DNA of 64,000 nucleotides, taken from NCBI GenBank assembly GCA_964583825.1, contig CAZOXM010000009.1:6538-70537 (forward strand), in the 5' to 3' direction. The position numbers and the translations under genes were made by a program. This document shows positions 56,221-64,000 of the stretch, in pieces. Origin of the DNA: an uncultured Granulosicoccaceae bacterium (GTDB taxonomy: Bacteria; Pseudomonadota; Gammaproteobacteria; Granulosicoccales; Granulosicoccaceae). The stretch's first letter is position 1; each line of letters begins with the position of its first letter. The notes beneath the pieces are model-generated. The model was not told the DNA's origin. It ran no database searches and saw only the letters and a program-made list of their open reading frames with translations.

Positions 56221-57735
56221 ATGGACGAATATATAAAGAAAATCCTGACTGCGCGAGTCTACGATGTCTCCTGTGAGACGCCGTTGGACACAGTCCCCAA
56301 TTTGTCAGCCAAAACCGGTAACCGGGTGTCGCTCAAACGCGAAGACGCCCAGTCAGTATTTTCGTTCAAGTGTCGTGGCGCTTTCAACCGGATTTATCAT
56401 CTCAAGCAACAGTATCCCGACACCCGCGGTGTGATCTGTGCGTCTGCCGGTAATCACGCGCAGGGAGTGGCATTGTCCGCGACGAAGTTGTCGTTGAAAT
56501 CAGTCATTGTGATGCCGCAAACCACACCCGCGATAAAAGTGGATGCTGTGCGTGCGCTCGGCGGCGATGCGGTGTTGCACGGCGACAACTACGATGAGGC
56601 ATTCGCTCACGCCTGCGAACTCGAAAAAGAGACCCGCTACCCTTTTATACACCCGTTCAATGACCCGGATACTATCGCCGGTCAGGGTACCGTGGGGGTG
56701 GAGATCTGCCGTCAGAGCGCCGGACCTGTCGATGCGGTGTTTATTCCAATTGGCGGGGGCGGGCTTGCCGCCGGTGTGTCATTGATTATGAAATACCTGC
56801 GTCCGGAAACGCGCATCATCGGGGTGGAACCTGCAGATGCGGCGAGCATGAAAGCGTCGCTTGCGGCGGGCAAGCCGGTTGAACTGAGCGAGGTGGGCAT
56901 CTTTGCCGACGGCGTGGCGGTGAAATCACCGGGCGACGAAACATTTCGCATTTGTCGTGACACCATCGATGAAATTATCACCATTACGGTGGATGAAATG
57001 TGCGCCGCAATCAAAGATGTTTTTGAAGACACCAGAACGCTGATGGAGCCAGCCGGTGCACTCAGTGTGGCCGGGCTGAAGAAATATGTCAGTCAACACG
57101 AACTGACCGACAAACACCTGGTTGCCGTGACCACCGGCGCCAACGTGAACTTTGATCGACTGAGGCACATCACCGAGCGAGCGGAAATCGGAGAGCAGCG
57201 CGAAGCATTGCTCGCGGTTCAAATCCCTGAGCAACCGGGTAGTTTCAGAACTTTCTGCGAGCTGCTCGGCAAACGCAGTGTCACCGAGTTTAACTACCGC
57301 TATGCAGATGCCAGTAAAGCCGTGGTCTTTGTGGGTGTGCAACTTACCAACGGAATGACTGAGCGACTGCAGATTATCGAAACACTCAGCCAGGGTGGCT
57401 ACGAGGTTGATGATTTAACCGACAATGAAGTCGCCAAACTGCATGTCAGACATATGGTTGGGGGGCGCGCTTCGCGCATGGAAAACGAGTGGCTGTATCG
57501 ATTTCGTTTTCCCGATCGGCCGGGGGCGCTGGCAAAGTTTTTAAACAGCATGGCTCCCGACTGGAACATCTCGCTTTTTCACTATCGAAATCACGGTGCT
57601 GCCTACGGGCGTGTGCTGGTCGGTTTGCAGGTGCCCGATAACGATGAACAGGAGTTCAATCGCTTCGTCGAACAACTCGGCTACCGCTACTGGCGTGAAG
57701 ACGGCAATCCGGCTTATATGAAGTTTCTGGCGTAG
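56221..57735 (+). CDS. ilvA: Biosynthetic threonine ammonia-lyase (threonine deaminase)
   Basis: PLP lysine context SFKCRGA, SAGNHAQGVA, GGGGL, and two C-terminal ACT-like regulatory repeats. 504 aa. Confidence 0.95.
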   Translation: MDEYIKKILTARVYDVSCETPLDTVPNLSAKTGNRVSLKREDAQSVFSFKCRGAFNRIYHLKQQYPDTRGVICASAGNHAQGVALSATKLSLKSVIVMPQTTPAIKVDAVRALGGDAVLHGDNYDEAFAHACELEKETRYPFIHPFNDPDTIAGQGTVGVEICRQSAGPVDAVFIPIGGGGLAAGVSLIMKYLRPETRIIGVEPADAASMKASLAAGKPVELSEVGIFADGVAVKSPGDETFRICRDTIDEIITITVDEMCAAIKDVFEDTRTLMEPAGALSVAGLKKYVSQHELTDKHLVAVTTGANVNFDRLRHITERAEIGEQREALLAVQIPEQPGSFRTFCELLGKRSVTEFNYRYADASKAVVFVGVQLTNGMTERLQIIETLSQGGYEVDDLTDNEVAKLHVRHMVGGRASRMENEWLYRFRFPDRPGALAKFLNSMAPDWNISLFHYRNHGAAYGRVLVGLQVPDNDEQEFNRFVEQLGYRYWREDGNPAYMKFLA

Positions 57736-57928
57736 TAAATACAACCAGGTGACCGAGCAATTTTTTCGCCGGCTGCATCACGCAACGGCGCGGAAATGCC
57801 ATGTGGTCGACATGGTGCGTTCAGTTCAGCGAAGGCGGCGCCGGTACACCGCAAAAAAATTAATCTGCCATTAACCCCTTTTTCCGTGGTGTTGCGTTAA
57901 AGGGGTATCGACGCTTCGGAGCGAGCTG

Positions 57929-58762
57929 TTGGCAGATCCTCGCAACTACCAAATCGCAGTGCTTTGCCTGTTTACCGTGTTCGGGCGGTACTGGCTCGGT
58001 TTTGATTTTTCCCTGACCACCGCCGCTGTGATTATTGCCGTGGCGCTGGGTGCACAGCATTTATTGTTTGCGACGCAGCACAAAAGTGCGCTGATCAGTG
58101 CGCTGTCACTGGTGCTGTTGTTGCGCACCGACACGCTCGCGCTTGCGGCACTGGCCGCCATCATTGCCATAGGCAGTAAGCGCTGGGTGCGTCTTGATGG
58201 CAGGCACATATTCAATCCTTCTGCACTGGCCCTTGTTGTCGTCACGTTTGTTTTTAATGGTGCATGGCTCGCCCCGGGGCAATGGGGGCCGATGGGCCTG
58301 TCGGTATTACTGCTGGCCGGTGCCGGCCTGCTGGTCGTAACAAGCGCACAACGTATAGATATCGCTCTCGCATTCTTTACAGGCTTTGCCGCCATTGTAT
58401 TGCTGCGCGGCCTGTGGCTCGGTGATCCGTTGTCGATCGCACTGCACCAATTGCAAAACGGCGCATTGATTGTTTTTTCTTTTTTTATGATTACCGACCC
58501 CAGAACCACCGCGCATACTGCTGTGTTGCGCGTGGTGCAGGGATTTTCTGTGGCTTTGGTAGCCGCGGTAATCCAGTTTAGTTTCTACCAGCATTCTGCA
58601 CCGCTTTACGCACTGGTGTTGCTTGCCCCGCTGTTTGCAACACCGTTCTTTCAAAAGGAAACCAGTAATGAAGAAAATCGTATTCGCCATCGTTTTCATT
58701 TTTACCGGGCTTTGTTCCAGTCAGGCACTGGCCTTCTGTGGATTTTACGTCGCCAAAGCTGA
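57929..58762 (+). CDS. RnfD/NqrB-family-like polytopic membrane protein, stand-alone, 277 aa (TTG start)
   Basis: GRHIFNPSALALVVV and FSFFMITDPRTT match the two signature blocks of the NQR2/RnfD/RnfE family. I see no S-G-A-T flavinylation motif. The 3' end overlaps the next gene by 95 nt. Confidence 0.6.
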   Translation: MADPRNYQIAVLCLFTVFGRYWLGFDFSLTTAAVIIAVALGAQHLLFATQHKSALISALSLVLLLRTDTLALAALAAIIAIGSKRWVRLDGRHIFNPSALALVVVTFVFNGAWLAPGQWGPMGLSVLLLAGAGLLVVTSAQRIDIALAFFTGFAAIVLLRGLWLGDPLSIALHQLQNGALIVFSFFMITDPRTTAHTAVLRVVQGFSVALVAAVIQFSFYQHSAPLYALVLLAPLFATPFFQKETSNEENRIRHRFHFYRALFQSGTGLLWILRRQS

Positions 58763-59984
58763 CACAAAGCTCTATAACCAGGCTTCGAAAGTGGTGCTGA
58801 TGCGCGATCAGGATCGCACCGTCATTACAATGAGCAACGACTTTCAGGGTGATGTCAATGACTTTGCCATGGTCATACCGGTGCCCTCTATTCTCACGCG
58901 CGAGCAGATTAACGTGGCGTCACAATCCCTGATAGACCATCTGGATGCCTATACATCGCCTCGGCTGGTTGAATACTTTGATGATGATCCATGCATGCAG
59001 CGGCGCCTGTTAAAAATGGAAATGCTCGAAAGCGTTGCGGCCGGCGGCGAGGCAGTGGCAGATGCTGCTGACCTGGGGGTTACCATTGAAGCAAGCTACA
59101 CCGTTGGCGAGTACGACATTCTGATTCTTTCGGGGGAGGAAAGTGACGGTCTGGTGCAATGGCTCACCGGTAATGGCTACAAGCTGCCGCCGGGTGCATC
59201 GTCTGTGGTCGGCAGCTATTTAAAGCAGGGGATGAAGTTCTTTGTGGCCAAAGTGAATCTCGCACAACAGGAGGCACTGGGCGTTAATAACCTGCGACCG
59301 CTGCAGGTTGCGTTTGAAAGCCCGAGGTTCATGTTGCCGATCAGGCTCGGTACGCTCAATGCAAAGGGGAAACAGGAATTGTTTGTGTTCGCGCTGACGC
59401 GGTCCGGGCGTGTCGAAACTTCGAACTATCGCACCGTTCGCATGCCGACCGATCTCGACATACCCGTTTACGTGAAAGACCGCTTTGACGATTTCTATCG
59501 CGATATGTTCAGCCGGCAGGTCGAGGCGCATCAGGGTAAAGCCGTGTTTCTTGAGTACGCCTGGGACATGGCCTGGTGTGATCCCTGTGCGGCAGACCCG
59601 TTGACCGCAACGCAGTTGCGTGAACTTGGTGTCTATTGGGTCGATCCGTCACAGTCTTCGCGGTCGCTGGCCCAGGATGTCTTTGCCACCCGGCTGCATG
59701 TACGCTACGACGCCGATACTTTTCCGGATGATCTACGCTTTATTGAAACCGGTGACCGCACCAACTTTCAGGGTCGTTACGTGATGCGCCATCCGTGGCG
59801 TGGCACGGCCAATTGTGCTGCCGCCGATGCCTACTATGCTGCATTGGAGCAGCGTCAGTCCGAGCACGCTGCGAGCCTGATTAAACTCACTGGCTGGAGC
59901 CAGTCCGAAGTGGAAGCGCTGGCGGGGACACCGGTCAGAATAGAAGATGATACGCAGTGGTGGCGCAGACTCTGGCAAAGGTAG
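58668..59984 (+). CDS. Secreted DUF2330-like protein, 438 aa
   Basis: Signal peptide MKKIVFAIVFIFTGLCSSQALA, then FCGFYVAKAD...VVLMRDQDRTVITMSNDFQGDVNDFAMVIPVP (my memory of DUF2330: a CGGFF-like motif straight after the signal peptide, then FAWVvPVP). aaggaa RBS. Confidence 0.6.
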   Translation: MKKIVFAIVFIFTGLCSSQALAFCGFYVAKADTKLYNQASKVVLMRDQDRTVITMSNDFQGDVNDFAMVIPVPSILTREQINVASQSLIDHLDAYTSPRLVEYFDDDPCMQRRLLKMEMLESVAAGGEAVADAADLGVTIEASYTVGEYDILILSGEESDGLVQWLTGNGYKLPPGASSVVGSYLKQGMKFFVAKVNLAQQEALGVNNLRPLQVAFESPRFMLPIRLGTLNAKGKQELFVFALTRSGRVETSNYRTVRMPTDLDIPVYVKDRFDDFYRDMFSRQVEAHQGKAVFLEYAWDMAWCDPCAADPLTATQLRELGVYWVDPSQSSRSLAQDVFATRLHVRYDADTFPDDLRFIETGDRTNFQGRYVMRHPWRGTANCAAADAYYAALEQRQSEHAASLIKLTGWSQSEVEALAGTPVRIEDDTQWWRRLWQR

Positions 59985-60021
59985 CCAACTGTTTTCCGCG
60001 GTGCACAGCAATGGTTTGCGA

Positions 60022-61026
60022 TCATCGAAATCGAAGTGTCTGACCGATCCCCTGCTGTTGCGCTTTGGTGAGGATTGCATGGCCGAGCGCAATGTCAGTG
60101 GTGCTCAGGCCGCGATGCCAGAACAGATTGGTTTCATCGTCACTGCTGCGCCCCGGCTTGTCGCCACACACAATTTGCCCGAGTTCGCCGTGAATGTTGT
60201 CTTCGGTTACTTTGCCTTCATCGACATGCCGCCGCAACGAGCCAAAAGGTTTACCCGGGCCGCACTGGCCCCAGTCGTCCACCACAATCTTATCCATGAT
60301 GTCGGTCAGTGAAAGCTCTACCGCACTCATGGTGCCGTACGGAATCACCAGCCCGCCTGGTTTAATCCACTGCGTTAGAAGATGCGGATGAGGCTTTGGC
60401 AGGCGCGAGGCTTCAACGACGATATCGGCATCGGCCACACAGTCATGCCAGTTGTCGGTCACGATAATGTCTCGTTTCAAATCGTCTTTTAGTTTGTCTG
60501 CAAAAGCATTCCGACTCTCGGGACGCCGCGAGTGAACCCGTATTTCCTGTAAGTCGAATAAATGATTCATCAGGCGGACATTCCAGTAAGCGGTGCCCCT
60601 CGCGCCGATGTGCCCAAGGATCTGGCTGTTGCTTCGAGCCAGGTATTTCGCGCCAATGGCGCTGACCGCACCGGTGCGCATATCAGTGATGGCACTGGCG
60701 TCAATGATAGCGATCGGTGCACCGGTCTCGGGACATAGCAGGGTCAGTACCGCCAGCTCTGAAGGCAGATCGCGCCGGTAGTTGTCGACGAAATCACCCA
60801 CCACTTTCACACCGGCCACTGACAGCGGATGAACCACACCGCGCAGTACATTGAAATGTCCTTTATCTGATGATTCCGGCACCAGATGTACTCGCGGTTC
60901 AATGACGGTCTGTGCCCGACCCTGAGCGTGCAGTGCCGATTCCACTGCTGTGAGTATTTCATCGTTGGTCAGTGCAAGTGCATCGACATCCGGGCCGTTG
61001 ATGTAGATCAGGTTCAGTTGCTTCAC
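60022..61026 (-). CDS. Ornithine cyclodeaminase / mu-crystallin-family NAD(P)-dependent enzyme, 334 aa
   Basis: Length and layout of the OCD family: N-terminal substrate domain, TDMRTGAVSAIGAKYLAR, Rossmann ILGHIGARGTAYWN. 4-nt overlap with the upstream lyase-like gene. Confidence 0.75.
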   Translation of the reverse strand: MKQLNLIYINGPDVDALALTNDEILTAVESALHAQGRAQTVIEPRVHLVPESSDKGHFNVLRGVVHPLSVAGVKVVGDFVDNYRRDLPSELAVLTLLCPETGAPIAIIDASAITDMRTGAVSAIGAKYLARSNSQILGHIGARGTAYWNVRLMNHLFDLQEIRVHSRRPESRNAFADKLKDDLKRDIIVTDNWHDCVADADIVVEASRLPKPHPHLLTQWIKPGGLVIPYGTMSAVELSLTDIMDKIVVDDWGQCGPGKPFGSLRRHVDEGKVTEDNIHGELGQIVCGDKPGRSSDDETNLFWHRGLSTTDIALGHAILTKAQQQGIGQTLRFR

Positions 61027-62528
61027 AGGGTTAGCTTTCCGTTATTAATTAGTGCGGCCAGTCGTTCAAGATCGCCGCACAAGGGTCTGTCCTGTTCAAC
61101 GATTGGCGCTGTTGTTCGCAGCAGGTTGTAATAGCGCGTGAGTGCGGGTGAAATCGATCCGCTCAGCTCTCGTTTGTCGATTGCCTGCAGTGCCACGATA
61201 GATTCTATGGCTGACAAATAGTTGAGCCGGGTTGCGAGCGACATCGCAGCTCTGACCGGAATCGCTGCGTGCGTGACCACATCTTCGAGTCCGTCGGCGG
61301 AGATGCCCGGGTAAATCGGTGGCGGATTGGCCAGGTGTGCTATTTCCGCGTAAAGACTCTCGGCGGTTTTCATCACCGGTGCCAGACCGGCGCTGTCGGT
61401 ACCTGCATTGGTCAGTCCGTTGCCAAGTCCGGAAAAGCGCTCGAACAGCAGTTTCGATATTCTCGATACCTGCAGCGCGGCCAGATGCACCAAAGCGTGC
61501 AACAGCCCGCTGAGCGTGATGCCCAGATAAACCGGCAGGTAACCGCCGTGTGACAGTATGCGCTTTTCCTCTGCGATGACAGCGGGGTTGTCGGAGGCTC
61601 CGTTTATTTCGTCTGCAACGGCAATGGCGAAAGTATCGAGGCAGGCCTGCACACTGCCGTGTACCTGTGCAATGTTGCGAATGCTGAGCGGGTCCTGCAA
61701 GCGACGCGCAGCACCCGCCTGCTGCAGCGGTGATTCCTCAAGCAATGTGAGTAGTTGTGCAGCTGCCTGTTGCTGTCCCTGTTGTGGTCGAAGCATCAGT
61801 GCGTTGTTGTCCAGTGCGGAAAGATTGGCCCTGAACCCTTCCATGGACAGTGCCGCTGTGATTTGTGCTGCCTGGTAGGACCGATGCAATGTGTCGTGCG
61901 CCAGCGCACCAATACCCCCGGTAAAGCAGGAATGCGACACCAGTGCCAGCCCTTCGCGCAGGGCTGGCGGGTAGGGTTTAATACCCAGTGCTGCCAGTGC
62001 CGAGGCTGCGCTGACTGTGGATTCGTCTGTGTTTATTGCCATTCCCTCACCGGTCAGTGCCCGGCCCATGGCTCCACCCCAGTTCAGATCGGCCACACCA
62101 ATGGAACCGCTCTGTGGAATCATCGGTGTAAATCGACGGTTGAGGCATTGAGACAAATGCCTCGCCAGTTCAGGTCTGGCACCGGCGGCACCGCTCAACA
62201 GTGTGTTCAGACGAACCGCCATCCCTGCACGTACCCAGTTTGCGGGCATGGCTTCACCGACCCCATGGCTGCGGCCGCGAATTGTGTTCATTGAAAAATC
62301 TTCAGCGATAACATCGCTCAGTGTTTCCGTCACCTTCGGACCGAGTCCGGTAGTTACCCCGTAGATCGCCCGTTTCTCACTGGCGGCTTTTTCAATAATC
62401 GCGCGGGTACGCGCCATGCGTTCCAGGCCGTCGTCGCTCACTATGACGATCGCGCCTGCGGCAATGGATGCTACCTGCACGGTGGTCAGTCCGGAGCCGG
62501 TGAGGGTTATCGCTTTTTCCTGATTCAC
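61023..62528 (-). CDS. Aromatic amino-acid ammonia-lyase (HAL/PAL)-family protein lacking the MIO-forming Ala-Ser-Gly triad, 501 aa
   Basis: Family blocks RAIYGVTTGLG, QDPLSIRNIAQVHG, EINGASDNPAV. At the MIO position the sequence reads PQSGSIGVADL (62085-62108, checked on the DNA) instead of GSVGASGDL. GTG 62528 chosen because the upstream 177 codons are the antisense shadow of the gene at 62725. Confidence 0.75.
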   Translation of the reverse strand: MNQEKAITLTGSGLTTVQVASIAAGAIVIVSDDGLERMARTRAIIEKAASEKRAIYGVTTGLGPKVTETLSDVIAEDFSMNTIRGRSHGVGEAMPANWVRAGMAVRLNTLLSGAAGARPELARHLSQCLNRRFTPMIPQSGSIGVADLNWGGAMGRALTGEGMAINTDESTVSAASALAALGIKPYPPALREGLALVSHSCFTGGIGALAHDTLHRSYQAAQITAALSMEGFRANLSALDNNALMLRPQQGQQQAAAQLLTLLEESPLQQAGAARRLQDPLSIRNIAQVHGSVQACLDTFAIAVADEINGASDNPAVIAEEKRILSHGGYLPVYLGITLSGLLHALVHLAALQVSRISKLLFERFSGLGNGLTNAGTDSAGLAPVMKTAESLYAEIAHLANPPPIYPGISADGLEDVVTHAAIPVRAAMSLATRLNYLSAIESIVALQAIDKRELSGSISPALTRYYNLLRTTAPIVEQDRPLCGDLERLAALINNGKLTL

Positions 62529-62724
62529 TTTTTTATCATTCCGCGGTCGCTGACCCTGAAGCTGGTATACACATTGTCTGACAAGCTGGCTGCTGTCCTG
62601 ACGGACGCGTCGTCGGCGGGATGGTTGGTGACGATTCAGCCAGCGTTCTCTGTGGTCGGCGCATATTGCTAAACTAACTGCGGCCGCTCTGGTCAAAGTT
62701 CTGTTCCCCGCGGAGTCACACACT

Positions 62725-64000
62725 GTGTCTATTAAATTACTGAAGTGCATCACACTGGCGGTGCTTTTTGCAATTGCCGGGTGTGACAGTAAATCCGGCA
62801 GGCTTCTGTGCGCGGGTGACAGCTGCGAATCGACCGACGATACCGGCAATAGTACCGATAACAACGGGGCAGGCAATCCATCCGTCGATGGTGACAACGA
62901 AAATACAGCACCTGATGAGGAAAGCACACCATCCGACACTAACAACAACGAGCAGAGTACCGATAACAACAGTGGCGACAATGACACTGGTGAATCAACG
63001 CCCGACAACGGCGAGGGAGATGCCGAAACACCGGAAAATAACGGTGATGGAGACAACACAACACAGAATCCGTCACCACAGCCGGGAGCGTCGGGTATTT
63101 CGCTGCGACATCGCAGCGGGCAGACATTTATTACCTGGGACGAACCACAGCCGGACGCGCAGTATCATGTCTACCGTTCGGGCCAGCCAATCACCACCGA
63201 CAATCTCGCAGATGCCACATTGCTCACCTGGCGCTGGGGGCCACTCGATGCAGATACCAGCAGAAACAAGTATGCAGTCTCTGATGTACCCGAGTATTTT
63301 GTCATCGAAAATCAGGGTGCGCCATTGCCGGACAGTACCGGGTTGTTCGTGCACACAGCGACCGAAAATACCACTGCCTACTATGCGATAACGACACTGG
63401 TTGACGGGGTTGAAAACCCAGCCATTGTGCAAGGGCGCAATACGGCGATGGTGTCGGAGTTTATAGCCACGCCACAGCCGGTGCTCACCTTGTCAGTAAA
63501 TGGCGGCAAAGGACGGCTTTATACGCACTTCATGGACTACCAGCAGTGGAATCCAACGTTGAACGGCTATGCGTTTAATTACTTCGTCGCATTGCCATTT
63601 AACTACAACCCGTCACAATCCTACCCGCTGCAGATAGAACTACACGCCTATGGCTATTACCCTGCGCTGCCGCAACAGGTGCCCTATCAGTGGCAGGTGA
63701 TTCAGCTGATACCGCTTGACCCGGGTGATGACAGAAATACCTATCACACCTGGTGGTATGGGCACGCACGTGACCATGACTACATTAACAATGGCAACAC
63801 GCCATTCAGCGGTGCGATCGAAAACTTCACCGAGCAGCGGGTAATGAAGGCGATGCAGGAGACAATTGACAACGCCGGATTGTCTATTAACACCGACCTC
63901 ATCCACGCCTATGGCAATTCGATGGGTGCGTCGGGTTCCGTCAGTCTTGCACTCCGCTACGCCAACAGGCTGTCTGCAGTCTATGCTAGTCAGCCGATGA
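62725..64000 (+). CDS. Lipoprotein with acidic low-complexity linker and a C-terminal alpha/beta-hydrolase (esterase-like) domain; 3' end beyond the window
   Basis: Not in the ORF track (no stop in the window). Hand translation from GTG 62725 (GGAG 9 nt upstream) gives (M)SIKLLKCITLAVLFAIAGCDSK (lipobox), a D/N/T/G/E-rich linker, ...QIELHAYGYYP... and the nucleophile elbow HAYGNSMGASGS. No stop through nt 63999. Confidence 0.65.
   Translation, partial: MSIKLLKCITLAVLFAIAGCDSKSGRLLCAGDSCESTDDTGNSTDNNGAGNPSVDGDNENTAPDEESTPSDTNNNEQSTDNNSGDNDTGESTPDNGEGDAETPENNGDGDNTTQNPSPQPGASGISLRHRSGQTFITWDEPQPDAQYHVYRSGQPITTDNLADATLLTWRWGPLDADTSRNKYAVSDVPEYFVIENQGAPLPDSTGLFVHTATENTTAYYAITTLVDGVENPAIVQGRNTAMVSEFIATPQPVLTLSVNGGKGRLYTHFMDYQQWNPTLNGYAFNYFVALPFNYNPSQSYPLQIELHAYGYYPALPQQVPYQWQVIQLIPLDPGDDRNTYHTWWYGHARDHDYINNGNTPFSGAIENFTEQRVMKAMQETIDNAGLSINTDLIHAYGNSMGASGSVSLALRYANRLSAVYASQPM

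Noticed and set aside
62529-63059. N-terminal 177 codons of the 678-aa minus-strand ORF (MLSPSPLFSGVSASPSPLSG...)
   Set aside because: Low-complexity S/L/P sequence that is the antisense shadow of the acidic linker of the plus-strand lipoprotein gene. Homology to ammonia-lyases only starts after the GTG at 62528.

Overview
64-kb chromosomal segment that reads like a (probably marine) gammaproteobacterium. Conserved backbone blocks: yibN-like rhodanese-grxC-secB-gpsA with convergent trmL (10.2-13.1 kb); class-I fumarase / trpE-trpG-trpD-trpC / convergent crp(vfr) / OsmC-family gene / rplM-rpsI (34.0-42.3 kb); rpiA / ilvA (55.4-57.7 kb). I recognised no rRNA, tRNA, CRISPR array, transposase, integrase or phage gene. 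Accessory content: (1) at the left edge, a pump-less operon of a GAF-HlyD adaptor, an M50 site-2-protease fused to an adaptor-like domain and a small HlyD adaptor, followed by a membrane sensor cut by the window edge. (2) A membrane-anchored di-haem cytochrome c5 with an in-frame 5 x 33-nt repeat, preceded by a truncated paralogue of its own anchor. (3) A ~16-kb group-2-type (kps) capsule locus: kpsF-lipoprotein-kpsM-kpsT-kpsE-kpsD-[double GT2, sulfotransferase, sialyltransferase-like protein, MFS, acidic tail-anchored protein]-kpsC-kpsS. It is bracketed by an orphan MshL-type secretin plus TPR protein on one side and a GspE/PilB-family protein with an obliterated Walker A on the other. (4) A MoxR(CoxD-like)-VWA(CoxE-like) pair, a PAS-GGDEF-EAL protein and an XdhC(CoxF-like) gene, with no molybdo-enzyme in the window. 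(5) A 276-bp element bounded by 34-bp inverted repeats that abuts the xdhC-like start. (6) An 1835-aa tandem-duplicated UvrA paralogue with four ABC sites. (7) A stand-alone RnfD/NqrB-like membrane protein overlapping a DUF2330-like secreted protein. (8) A histidine/phenylalanine ammonia-lyase-family protein lacking the Ala-Ser-Gly MIO triad, translationally coupled to an ornithine-cyclodeaminase/mu-crystallin protein. Two edge-truncated genes missing from the ORF track (1-606 minus; 62725-64000 plus) were recovered by hand translation. All functional calls rest on motif and architecture recognition by eye plus synteny; no database search and no computation beyond hand counting was possible.
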